Assembly (NCBI GenBank): GCA_030141605.1
Contig: JAQGDQ010000325.1
Coordinates: forward strand, 1-64,000
From: Tubiluchus corallicola
Lineage: Eukaryota > Animalia > Priapulida
Reading direction: 5' to 3'
DNA length: 64,000 nt
The notes under the pieces were generated by a model. That model was given only the letters and a program-made list of their open reading frames with translations, searched no databases and had not been told where the DNA came from. Shown here one piece after another: positions 9,910 to 19,395 of the stretch. A program made the position numbers and the translations under genes. Within the stretch, counting starts at the first letter, position 1, and each line of letters begins with the position of its first letter.

Positions 9910-11388
9910 TTAATCTATTGTTCCTTTTTTCCGAACGTTTTTGCTTGGTTCTCTTTTAGTTAAATTATCTCCAAGATCTTTTCTGGCTTCTTCTACTATT
10001 TTTTCTAATTCTTTTACAACTTCAGGATATTTTTCTATTACGTTGTATCTTTCTCCAGGGTCTCGCCTTAGGTCGTAAAGTTCTAACTCTGATGTGCTAT
10101 GACTGTATTTTCCGGGGAATCTATCATCTCTTGGTAGTACATTCTCATAGGACTGATAAGGATGAGGAAGGACTAATTTCCACTTGTTGTTTCTGACTGC
10201 TTCTAAATTATTTTTTCTAAAATAGTAGTAAAAATGTTTGCGAGGTTCTATATCCTTTTCTCCTTTTAGTAAAGGTAGTATATTTACTCCATCTATTTTG
10301 TGTTTGGGAAGTTTTCCGTTTGTCATTTCTGCTATAGTAGGTAGTAAGTCTATGGTGGATGACAGCTTGCTGCATACTGCTCCTTTGGGAATCATTTTGG
10401 GGTATTTCATAATACAAGGTACTTTGACACCTCCTTCCCAACAATTGCCTTTGCCTCCTCTTAGCGCTCCATTGCTTCCTGCGTGAGCTCCATAGTTCAT
10501 CCAAGGTCCATTATCAGAAGTAAATATAAGTAAGGTATTCTCGTCTAACCCATTGTTTTTTAATGCTTTTTCTATTTCACCGACTGACCAATCTAATTCC
10601 ATCATAACGTCTCCGTATATTCCTTGTTCACTTTTACCTTTAAACTTGCTTGATACTCCAAGTGGTATATGTACCATAGGATGTGGCACGTATAAGAAAA
10701 AAGGATTGTTTTTGTTTCGCTCAATAAACTTAACGGCTCGTTCTGTTATCATTGTTGTCAGCTGGTCTTGCACTTCCATAGAGTTTATAGGAATTGTCTT
10801 TTTGTTTCCTTCCATTATATACAATGGGGGATGTGGATTTTTTCCCTTAGGAGTGTTAGGATCTATGGGACTACCATCTAAGTTTAAGTCCCACATATCA
10901 TTAGAATAAGGAAGCCCAAAGAACTCATCAAAACCGTGCTGCAGTGGATAGAATTTCTCGTGGTTACCCAAGTGCCACTTCCCAAATATGCCTGTTTCAT
11001 AGCCTTGTTCTTTGAGCATTTCTGCTATGGTAAGTTCATTAGGGTTAAGACCGTATTTAAAATAAGGAAACAACGCTCCTGTTATGCCTATTCTGTTAGG
11101 GTAACATCCAGTTAGTAAGCCTGCTCTTGATGCAGAACAAACAGGTTGTGGAACGTAGAAGTTTGTAAATCTCATCCCGTCCATTGCCAGTTTGTCTAAA
11201 TTAGGAGTGTCATAAAGAATAGCTCCATAGGAATTTAAGTCGCCATAACCCATATCATCTATAAGAATAATAACAATATTCACCTTATCTTTTGCTTGTA
11301 AATTTCCTACACATAATATAGCAATTAAAATAAAAACACATATATTTTTCATAAGGATGTTTATTTTAATAAATCTTGAGGCAGTCAA
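9910..11388 (-). CDS. Sulfatase (arylsulfatase A / GalNAc-6-sulfatase-like, S1)
   Basis: NIVIILIDDMGYGD, CSASRAGLLTG, GKWHLG, FFGLPYSND and SDNGPW motifs. The true start is probably the internal MKNI. Confidence 0.93.
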   Translation of the reverse strand: MTASRFIKINILMKNICVFILIAILCVGNLQAKDKVNIVIILIDDMGYGDLNSYGAILYDTPNLDKLAMDGMRFTNFYVPQPVCSASRAGLLTGCYPNRIGITGALFPYFKYGLNPNELTIAEMLKEQGYETGIFGKWHLGNHEKFYPLQHGFDEFFGLPYSNDMWDLNLDGSPIDPNTPKGKNPHPPLYIMEGNKKTIPINSMEVQDQLTTMITERAVKFIERNKNNPFFLYVPHPMVHIPLGVSSKFKGKSEQGIYGDVMMELDWSVGEIEKALKNNGLDENTLLIFTSDNGPWMNYGAHAGSNGALRGGKGNCWEGGVKVPCIMKYPKMIPKGAVCSKLSSTIDLLPTIAEMTNGKLPKHKIDGVNILPLLKGEKDIEPRKHFYYYFRKNNLEAVRNNKWKLVLPHPYQSYENVLPRDDRFPGKYSHSTSELELYDLRRDPGERYNVIEKYPEVVKELEKIVEEARKDLGDNLTKREPSKNVRKKGTID

Positions 11389-11406
11389 AAAACACAGGTA
11401 TATACT

Positions 11407-14355
11407 TTAATTTTTAACAAACTTTACAGTTTCATCAGCTATTTTTTCGCTATTTTTATTTCTAAACCTAATAAAATATACTCCTTGTTTATATATTGAA
11501 ATATCAAGTATTAAAAATTCCTTAAATATTTTTTTCTCTTCACCTTCTTCGTCGTTTTCTAAATAGGTTAGTTCTCCTTTTGCTATGTTTATCCCCAATT
11601 TATTATATACTTCATATTGCTCAAATCTTTTAAAAGGGAGATATATTTTTATTTCACTTGTTGAAGGATTAGGATAAACATTGAGCGGGATTCTTTCATA
11701 AGTGAATTGAATATTATATTCTATAATTTCTTCAGAACTACTTGTATAGATAACCTTGTCACCTCTATTAACTTGGGTGCTGCTACCTGATATAAGAACT
11801 TTATAATCTTTATCCACAAAGTGAATTTCACCTCCCTCCTCTTCGTCCAAAATGAGCAAATAAAGATCTAATTCTCTATAAAATGTTCCTAGTGGAATAT
11901 AAATTATTTTATTTACACCATCTACTACAAATTTATCTGTAGAGGACTGAAGTAATGGGGCAGATACAAAGATAGAATATTTTGCAGTGTAGATAGGGTC
12001 TTCTGCGAATGCAAAAATAGTATCATATCTTATTATTATATCGTTGTCTGTTCTATCAATCCCATCTCTATCTTTTATTTCATATCTTCCATTTTGGGCT
12101 GGTATTAGCAAGTCCTTTAATGTTTTGCATAAGGTATTATAAGGTATTTTTACATTTCCTGTAGTATCACTGGTGTATATAATAAAGAATCCTTCATTAG
12201 GGATTAAACTAATTTTAGCATTAGTATTAAAACCTACTCTAATAATATAGTTTTTTCTAGTAATTTCATCTTCGGCTATAGATATTACAGTGTCGGTTTC
12301 GCTTATTTTGCTCTCGTTTGTAAGGTCATAAATATTATTATTTTGCGATTTTATTTCTATTCTCCCATTTAGGGGAGGTTCTATGGCTTTATATGCTTCT
12401 GATATGGTAGTTCCAAATGGGACTTCTACTTGTTGAGCATTATTATTCACATTGAAACCTCTGTCTTCCCATTCGGTTGAACTTATGCTAAGTTGAGTAT
12501 CTGTATTAGGTAGAACTACTATATTGTATGTTGCAGTAGTTGTTTCATTTTTAGCTGTGGCAATTATTTTGTCTTTCTCTTGCATTACGTAATTTGGGTC
12601 TGTTATAGGTGTTGCTCCATCTTGTAAATACGCCTTGTAACTTCCTCCCAATGGAGCCTCTAAATTATCATCTAAATATTGAAAAATAGTATTAAACGGA
12701 ACTTTTATAGTAAAAGTAGTGGAATTTATCTCTATCTCTGGAACTAATGACGTTAAATCAGTATTGTCGTCAGGAATAATCTCAATAAAATATTCTGCCT
12801 TAAAACTTGGATTTTCAGCGATAGACACTATTATATCTGTATTATTTATTTGCGATGTGCCTGTTAAGTCTATCTCGGGGGCTTCGCCATTTACTTTTAT
12901 CTTTACTTCACCCCCATCGGGAAGACTTAATTTACTTCTTAAACCATCATAAGTAAGTGGAAATATTTTTATTATTTTGCTGGATTCATCTATAATTATC
13001 TCATCATCATCAGGATTGGCTTCAGATAGTTGGGTATCTGTATTGGGTAACACAACTATATTATATTCTTGCTGGGTTGTCCCATCTTCTGCTATAGAAG
13101 TTACTTTGTCAATTCCATTTACTAAAAGAGTTTCATCTATGGATGCAAAGCTATAAGTATAACTTCCCCCTATGGCAGGTATTATTAAACTGTCTAAACC
13201 TAACCGAGTAGTAGCATAGGGAACACTTATGGTAGTGGTAGTATGGTCAATGCTTATATCATTGTGCAATGATATAAGTTCAGTAGTCTTCAAAAGATAT
13301 GAAACAGTATCTCCCAAGTGCAAAGCTCTAATATAAAACTTATCACCCGAAATTGTAGGAGAAGGTGAATGTAGTTTTATTTCTTTTACACGGTGAGAAA
13401 AATATTTAAAATCATCTCTAAAATCAAAATACATTGTTTTCCAAGCTCCATTAGTTGAGGGAAAACTTGTTGCACTCAACGAATACTCTTCCTCATTAAC
13501 TATTATTTGAGGAGTCCAATCAATATCATTGTATGACTTATATATAAAACGAACACGTCCATCTTCCTTTCTCAACGTAGTGTCCATCATAAAACGAATG
13601 AATGTAGACTCTGAACCTTCTTTTTCTGTTTCTACTTCAAGAGCATCGCTATCATATTTGGGTCTTAAATTGTGAGTAATTTCTATTTTTGCGGGATCAT
13701 CCAAATCCGTTCCTTCCTGCACATAGCTACGAGCAGAAGGGGCGGGTTCTGCTCCATTGCCGTAAATAATACGATAAATTTTCAAGGTATCTTCACCCAT
13801 AGCAGACTGGCCAATACCAACATATCTTGTTAGAATATTGCTTTCAAATATTATTTCTTTATCTATATTATCAATATCTGCGTAATCTCCTTCCCCAAAC
13901 TTTGCAAATACTGTATCTATAGTATTTCCTATGTTGTTAAAAAGTTTGACATTTTGATAGCCAGCAGTAATATTAATACGTAAACTGTATGCTCTGTCAG
14001 CAATATTTGTTGCACCTTCATTGGCTGAGTAAATAACAGCAAAGTAAGGCTTGTATACTCCTATATCTACTTTATCATTGTATTTGAATGCTACATTATT
14101 CCCTCCCCCACCCCGAAACATTTTTACATAACTTTCCTCATATTCAACATTTGAAGGTTGGTCTTCTGATAATACTTCTTGAAATTTTCCTAAATAATAA
14201 TAGTTCATCTCTCCATTTTCAACTCTTATATCTATGTTATGTGAAGTGCCAGATGCAGGAGTCTGTGTATACCCTTGTGCAGAGTACAGATATACCAATA
14301 TTACAACAGTAGCATATTTATATAAAATTTTCATAACAAGTAATATTTTAGGCAA
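11407..14355 (-). CDS. Large secreted protein with tandem beta-sandwich repeats and a T9SS type A sorting domain
   Basis: Repeats ending (S/T)AEDxxTxxxYxIxV, with PNTDTQLS occurring twice; C-terminal VYPNPS...GVYFIR...KFVKN. Confidence 0.85.
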   Translation of the reverse strand: MPKILLVMKILYKYATVVILVYLYSAQGYTQTPASGTSHNIDIRVENGEMNYYYLGKFQEVLSEDQPSNVEYEESYVKMFRGGGGNNVAFKYNDKVDIGVYKPYFAVIYSANEGATNIADRAYSLRINITAGYQNVKLFNNIGNTIDTVFAKFGEGDYADIDNIDKEIIFESNILTRYVGIGQSAMGEDTLKIYRIIYGNGAEPAPSARSYVQEGTDLDDPAKIEITHNLRPKYDSDALEVETEKEGSESTFIRFMMDTTLRKEDGRVRFIYKSYNDIDWTPQIIVNEEEYSLSATSFPSTNGAWKTMYFDFRDDFKYFSHRVKEIKLHSPSPTISGDKFYIRALHLGDTVSYLLKTTELISLHNDISIDHTTTTISVPYATTRLGLDSLIIPAIGGSYTYSFASIDETLLVNGIDKVTSIAEDGTTQQEYNIVVLPNTDTQLSEANPDDDEIIIDESSKIIKIFPLTYDGLRSKLSLPDGGEVKIKVNGEAPEIDLTGTSQINNTDIIVSIAENPSFKAEYFIEIIPDDNTDLTSLVPEIEINSTTFTIKVPFNTIFQYLDDNLEAPLGGSYKAYLQDGATPITDPNYVMQEKDKIIATAKNETTTATYNIVVLPNTDTQLSISSTEWEDRGFNVNNNAQQVEVPFGTTISEAYKAIEPPLNGRIEIKSQNNNIYDLTNESKISETDTVISIAEDEITRKNYIIRVGFNTNAKISLIPNEGFFIIYTSDTTGNVKIPYNTLCKTLKDLLIPAQNGRYEIKDRDGIDRTDNDIIIRYDTIFAFAEDPIYTAKYSIFVSAPLLQSSTDKFVVDGVNKIIYIPLGTFYRELDLYLLILDEEEGGEIHFVDKDYKVLISGSSTQVNRGDKVIYTSSSEEIIEYNIQFTYERIPLNVYPNPSTSEIKIYLPFKRFEQYEVYNKLGINIAKGELTYLENDEEGEEKKIFKEFLILDISIYKQGVYFIRFRNKNSEKIADETVKFVKN

Positions 14356-14388
14356 TTTGTTATAATTTACCTTATTTTAAAATTTACC

Positions 14389-15951
14389 CTACTCTTTTAG
14401 GTCATAACCTACTTGTACTGTTTTTACTGCTCTTGTAGTTATTTCTCGCATTTCCTCTATGCTGGCAGTATCTTCGTAATGTATTTGCAATTCTTTCAAT
14501 TTTCGTTTCATCATTTCTACTACTTGAGCATATTCAGGATTATCGTACACATTATTAAGCTCCGTAGGGTCTTTCCTTAAATCAAAAAGTTCCCAGTTAT
14601 CCATTGTATAGTAGTAATGTATCAACTTATACCTATCGTCCCTTACTCCATAATGAGGTTGTACACTATGCCAATAAGGAAACTCGTAATAATGATAATA
14701 CACTGCCTTACGCCAGTTATTTGGTTTATTTTCAAGCACAGGCATAAAACTTTCTCCTTGTATGTCTTCTGGTATTTCACACTGAGCATAGTCCAGCAAA
14801 GTAGGAGCAAAATCTATGTTCATTACCAACTCTTCTGAAACAGATTGAGGTTTAACGGTCTTGGGATAACGTATGAGTAACGGCGTTTTAAATGATTCTT
14901 CATACATCCATCGCTTGTCAAACCAACCATGTTCTCCAAGATAAAAACCTTGGTCAGAAGTGTATACCACTATGGTATTTTCCGTCAAGTTATTTTCATC
15001 TAAATAATCTAACACTCTGCCTACATTTTCATCTATGTGCTTTATACACCTCAAATAATCTTTAATATATTTTTGATACTTCCAATATTTAAGAGCCTCT
15101 CCTTTTAAAGTGTCAGAAGGTGATAGGTACTCTCCATTATTTCCATAGCTCAGCCACTTCCTAGTTTCTCTTTTAGTAAGTCCTTCAGGAGGTGTCATTT
15201 TTAGATCTTCTCTGTTAAGATGATGCTCAATACTCATAGCATTTTCTTTGGCAGCTTTCCTTGTTGCATAGTCATCATTAAAAGTAGGAGGTACAGGAAA
15301 GTCAAAATCGTTAAATAATTCTTTATTTCGTGTTGCAGGATCCCAAGGACGATGTGGTGCCTTAGGCTGAAAGAATAAACAAAAAGGCTGTGCAGGATCC
15401 CTTTTGTCTAACCATTCTAAGGCATAATCAGTAGATAGGTCATCTACATATCCCTTTTCTTGCACACGGTTGCCATTTTCTATATACACAGGGTCGTAGT
15501 AGAACCCTTGTCCCACAAGGACTTTGTAGTGGTCGAAGCCTTGTGGCAGACTACCAAGATGCCATTTCCCAATCATTGCTGTTTGGTAACCATTTTTTTG
15601 AAGTATTTTCGGAAAAGTCATCTGGTCACCATTAAAAGGTCCCCCTTTTTCATTTTTATAATAGCCGTTTTTGTGGCTGTATTTACCTGTTAACACAGCT
15701 GCTCGGCTAGGACCACAAATAGAATTACTAACAAAGGCATTCCTAAATAACATTCCTTCATCTGCCAATCGGTCCAAGTTTGGCGTAGGTGCTAATTGAG
15801 AAATTTCCGAACCGTAAGCACTAATAGCTTGCACGGCGTGGTCGTCAGACATTATATATATAATATTAGGTCTCTGCTCAACCTTAGAAGAACACCCCAA
15901 ACTTAATAGTGTAAGTATAATAGCAAAACTCGTATTAAAATTTTGTTTCAT
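14389..15951 (-). CDS. Sulfatase, N-acetylglucosamine-6-O-sulfatase-like lipoprotein
   Basis: Lipobox LSLGC, NIIYIMSDDH, NSICGPSRAAVLTGKYSH, YTSDQGFYLGEHGWFDKRWMYEES and YYHYYEFP motifs. Confidence 0.92.
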   Translation of the reverse strand: MKQNFNTSFAIILTLLSLGCSSKVEQRPNIIYIMSDDHAVQAISAYGSEISQLAPTPNLDRLADEGMLFRNAFVSNSICGPSRAAVLTGKYSHKNGYYKNEKGGPFNGDQMTFPKILQKNGYQTAMIGKWHLGSLPQGFDHYKVLVGQGFYYDPVYIENGNRVQEKGYVDDLSTDYALEWLDKRDPAQPFCLFFQPKAPHRPWDPATRNKELFNDFDFPVPPTFNDDYATRKAAKENAMSIEHHLNREDLKMTPPEGLTKRETRKWLSYGNNGEYLSPSDTLKGEALKYWKYQKYIKDYLRCIKHIDENVGRVLDYLDENNLTENTIVVYTSDQGFYLGEHGWFDKRWMYEESFKTPLLIRYPKTVKPQSVSEELVMNIDFAPTLLDYAQCEIPEDIQGESFMPVLENKPNNWRKAVYYHYYEFPYWHSVQPHYGVRDDRYKLIHYYYTMDNWELFDLRKDPTELNNVYDNPEYAQVVEMMKRKLKELQIHYEDTASIEEMREITTRAVKTVQVGYDLKE

Positions 15952-16117
15952 TATTTAAATTTTTAATATTTATAAAAATTGTTGTGTTGATGTATAAATC
16001 GTCAGCAGAAAATAATATATAATGCTATGGTATATTACTTGTAGCTAACTCTTTATACATTACCATTATTTATTTTGTTTCCTTTGTTGTTGTCTTTTCT
16101 TTTGTCTCTCTATATCT

Positions 16118-17611
16118 TTATCCGACATTTCCTTTTCTTGCTGTTTTTTTCTTTCTGCCTCCATTTTTTTTTGCTCGCTTTATAGCTCTATTTTGCTGTG
16201 CTATTTGGTCTTGTTTTACCATAAATTGTTTAAGAGCCTCCTCGTTATCTCTGTTTCGAAAAGCATCTAATATTTCCGTATCTTCGGTTCTTATCATCCA
16301 TTCTTCTAACTCTGTTTGTAATTTATCTAAGATTTTCTTATACTTTGGATTGTCTATAAGATTGTCAAGGGCATCAGGGTCATTTTGCAAATCATAAAAT
16401 TCTTCTACAACTCGGTAGGTAAACATATCTACACGTTCTTTAATATCAGGATTAGCAGGGGCTGCTTTCACCATTGCTTGAAATGATGGGCCTCGTTGCC
16501 CGTCATTTTTAAATTCCCTTACCCCATCAGACCAAGGATTGAATATATAACCGTATTTTTTGTTCATTATGGCTCGCATAGGATAACGTTTAAAGCCGGA
16601 TGTTTCGTGAAACTCAGCAATAATATAATCATGTCCTTTATAGGGCTTCTCTTGTAAGGCAGGGAAAAAAGATTTGCCATCTAAATGATCTAATACGGGC
16701 TCTCCTATAATATCTAATAAGGTAGGCATTATGTCCATTACTGCTAACAATTCATCGTTTGTTGTATTAGGCTTTATTACACCTTTCCATATGACAAAGA
16801 AAGGCGTCTTTGTACTATTAAGAAACACATTGGTCTTAGCAAAGGGGAAGGGCATCCCGTGATCAGAAAATATAATAATAAGGGTATTTTCCTCTACTCC
16901 TTCCTCTTTTACAGCTTGTATTAACTTTTCCACAGTGTCGTCAAATCTGCGAACTGCTCCATAGTATTCTGCTATCTCTTGTTTTACTTCAGGCAAGTCT
17001 GATAAGAATGGGGGAACAGTAATTTCGTCAGGAGTAAATACTTTTGAGGGAGGTACTCTTCCAGAAGTAAATTTTTTATGTGGGTCATTAGAATTGGCTA
17101 CTATAAAAAAAGGTTTTTTTTCTGCCTTAGCTTGTTTTATAAATTTTTTAGTGTGCTTATAATATGCTTGTGGATCACGCCCCAGTTCAGGAGCCAAAAT
17201 GTTCATGTCAAACATTTCTAATTCTTTTTCCTTGGGAGTGGTATGTGCATTTTTACTCATCATTGCTATGAGGTAGCCCTTTTCTCTGAATACTTCTGTT
17301 AATGTGGGTTTGTCTCCTTCGTAATGTAAAAACCCTTCTATACCGCTACGATGAGGATACATTCCTGTCATTAATACACCGCGACTAGGGACACATACAG
17401 CAATACCCACATGTGCATTGTTAAATTTCATGCCTTCTTTTGATAGTTTATCTAAAAAGGGAGTTGTGTTTTTTACTGGACATCCATACACACCCACAGA
17501 GTTATAGTTCATATCATCAGCTGTAATGATTAAGATATTAGGCGAATCACTTGCTTTTAATGATATTAAGTAGAAGAAAAATGCAAAAAAATAAATGATG
17601 AAATTTTTCAT
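16118..17611 (-). CDS. Sulfatase, N-sulfoglucosamine sulfohydrolase (sulfamidase)-like
   Basis: NILIITADDM, CVPSRGVLMTGMYPH, DPH, SDHGMPFPFAK and YPMR motifs. Confidence 0.9.
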   Translation of the reverse strand: MKNFIIYFFAFFFYLISLKASDSPNILIITADDMNYNSVGVYGCPVKNTTPFLDKLSKEGMKFNNAHVGIAVCVPSRGVLMTGMYPHRSGIEGFLHYEGDKPTLTEVFREKGYLIAMMSKNAHTTPKEKELEMFDMNILAPELGRDPQAYYKHTKKFIKQAKAEKKPFFIVANSNDPHKKFTSGRVPPSKVFTPDEITVPPFLSDLPEVKQEIAEYYGAVRRFDDTVEKLIQAVKEEGVEENTLIIIFSDHGMPFPFAKTNVFLNSTKTPFFVIWKGVIKPNTTNDELLAVMDIMPTLLDIIGEPVLDHLDGKSFFPALQEKPYKGHDYIIAEFHETSGFKRYPMRAIMNKKYGYIFNPWSDGVREFKNDGQRGPSFQAMVKAAPANPDIKERVDMFTYRVVEEFYDLQNDPDALDNLIDNPKYKKILDKLQTELEEWMIRTEDTEILDAFRNRDNEEALKQFMVKQDQIAQQNRAIKRAKKNGGRKKKTARKGNVG

Positions 17612-17692
17612 ATTAAATTAAAATTTAAAAAATTATAAACAAATAATAGTATCTAATCTCTTCTGCTATGACATTTTGCTTTCTGCCAAATT

Positions 17693-19378
17693 TCATTGTG
17701 TCATATTAGGACGTTTCCAATCAATAATTTCATAACCTTGGGGCTTTTCTGGTTTTTTAAATCCTGACTCTTCATTATCATCATAAATTTTCCAGTCATC
17801 TGTTCGGAAAGGTGAAGCAGGGATACCTTCTTTATTATATAGTAAGTTTCGTTGCGAGGGGTTCATTGCCCAAGCATATCGCACTGCCACAGGCTTAGGA
17901 ACATCTTTAGAAGATACTATTACTGTATTTCCTACAATCTTCGCTTCTGCCCAATGCCATCTTTTATCAGCTCCTGCAATGGCAAAAGCATTGAGATTTC
18001 CTTTTTTCCCTGCCATCAAACCACTACCTATATAATCATAATTAATAATTATTCTATTTTCCTCTATGCGAGAGCTTTTATACATTGGACCATAAGCTAC
18101 AATATCTTTTTGATAGACTTTGGCAAGAGCTAGATAAGCGTGTCGTAACCCGATAGGTTTCTTGTTTCTAGGGTGTAAGGAGATGACATCTCCTACATCA
18201 ATAGATACAACCATACCTGTATTAGTCACTTTTTGATCTACCATACGCATACTTTCTCTGTTTACAGGCCAAGGTGAAACAGAAAAGTGTTCAACTGGGT
18301 CTGCTTGTTTTGGACAGTAGGAAGGCAATTGCGTAAAAAAGAAGGGGAAGTCTTTATCTACATATCCTTTGGATAGTTTGTGCCACGATGAACGATAGTA
18401 ATTAATCATTAAGGTAAGTTGCTTTTCATAGTTGGCTGCTTGTGGTGCTTCCTTAGCATTTCGTTCTCCTTGATACCATATCGCTCCTCTAATACCATAA
18501 GGACGAACAGGATGTATCATTGCATTGAAGATATGAGAAGGGTATTGATGTCCCATATTGGCAGGTTTGGTAATAAATGGCGGTTTTAGTTCTTTAACTT
18601 TATTTAGCATAATTTCACCTGCATCAATCTTAGCATTATACTCATCAAGCTCTTGATAAAACTTCTTCAATGCATCTTCTTTATTACTTTGTTTATTAGA
18701 AATCTCTTCTAATTCTTTTATTATTTCTATAGTTCTTGGGTCATCTACCTGAATCTCTTTGGGCATCCAACCTTCTATAGGAGTTCCTGCATAAGCCTGT
18801 ACAATAATACCTACTGGAATACCCAATTCTTGATGGAGTTTTTTTCCAAAATAGTAAGATACTGCCGAAGTAGCTGATGCTGATTCGGGTGTACAAACAG
18901 ACCATTTTGCTAATCTATCGCGAGGAAATTTCAACGGCTCCTGCCAATGTTCTCTAGCAGACTTAAAAATACGGAAATCAGGAAAATTTGCCAAAGCAGC
19001 TTCTTCTTCACCACCAAAGGTTCTTCCTAATGCCCAGCCCATATTAGACTGACCTGCACAAAGCCACACTTCTCCAATGGCTATATTCTTTATTGTAATA
19101 GTGTTTTTACCAACAATAGTTAAACTGTGTCCTGTACCGAAAGAAGGAGTTTTCAACATTATTTTCCAATCTCCATTCTTGTCAGCAATTGTAGAGGCTG
19201 TTACTCCCCAGTCAGCTTTTATTGTAATTTCCTCTCCTGCATCAGCAACTCCCCAAATAGCATTATGAGTCTCTTGCTGAAGTATCATATTATTACCAAA
19301 AATGGGAGGTAATTTTACTTTGGAAAAACAAAATACTGTTAACAAACTTAAAGTAGGTATTAAAAAAAACTGTTTCAT
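17693..19378 (-). CDS. Sialate O-acetylesterase (SASA) family carbohydrate esterase
   Basis: GEVWLCAGQSNM, GAIWYQGE, HPRNKKPIGLR and PVAVRYAW...LYNKEGIPASPFRTD motifs. Confidence 0.9.
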   Translation of the reverse strand: MKQFFLIPTLSLLTVFCFSKVKLPPIFGNNMILQQETHNAIWGVADAGEEITIKADWGVTASTIADKNGDWKIMLKTPSFGTGHSLTIVGKNTITIKNIAIGEVWLCAGQSNMGWALGRTFGGEEEAALANFPDFRIFKSAREHWQEPLKFPRDRLAKWSVCTPESASATSAVSYYFGKKLHQELGIPVGIIVQAYAGTPIEGWMPKEIQVDDPRTIEIIKELEEISNKQSNKEDALKKFYQELDEYNAKIDAGEIMLNKVKELKPPFITKPANMGHQYPSHIFNAMIHPVRPYGIRGAIWYQGERNAKEAPQAANYEKQLTLMINYYRSSWHKLSKGYVDKDFPFFFTQLPSYCPKQADPVEHFSVSPWPVNRESMRMVDQKVTNTGMVVSIDVGDVISLHPRNKKPIGLRHAYLALAKVYQKDIVAYGPMYKSSRIEENRIIINYDYIGSGLMAGKKGNLNAFAIAGADKRWHWAEAKIVGNTVIVSSKDVPKPVAVRYAWAMNPSQRNLLYNKEGIPASPFRTDDWKIYDDNEESGFKKPEKPQGYEIIDWKRPNMTQ

Positions 19379-19395
19379 TGTAATATTGTTATTAG

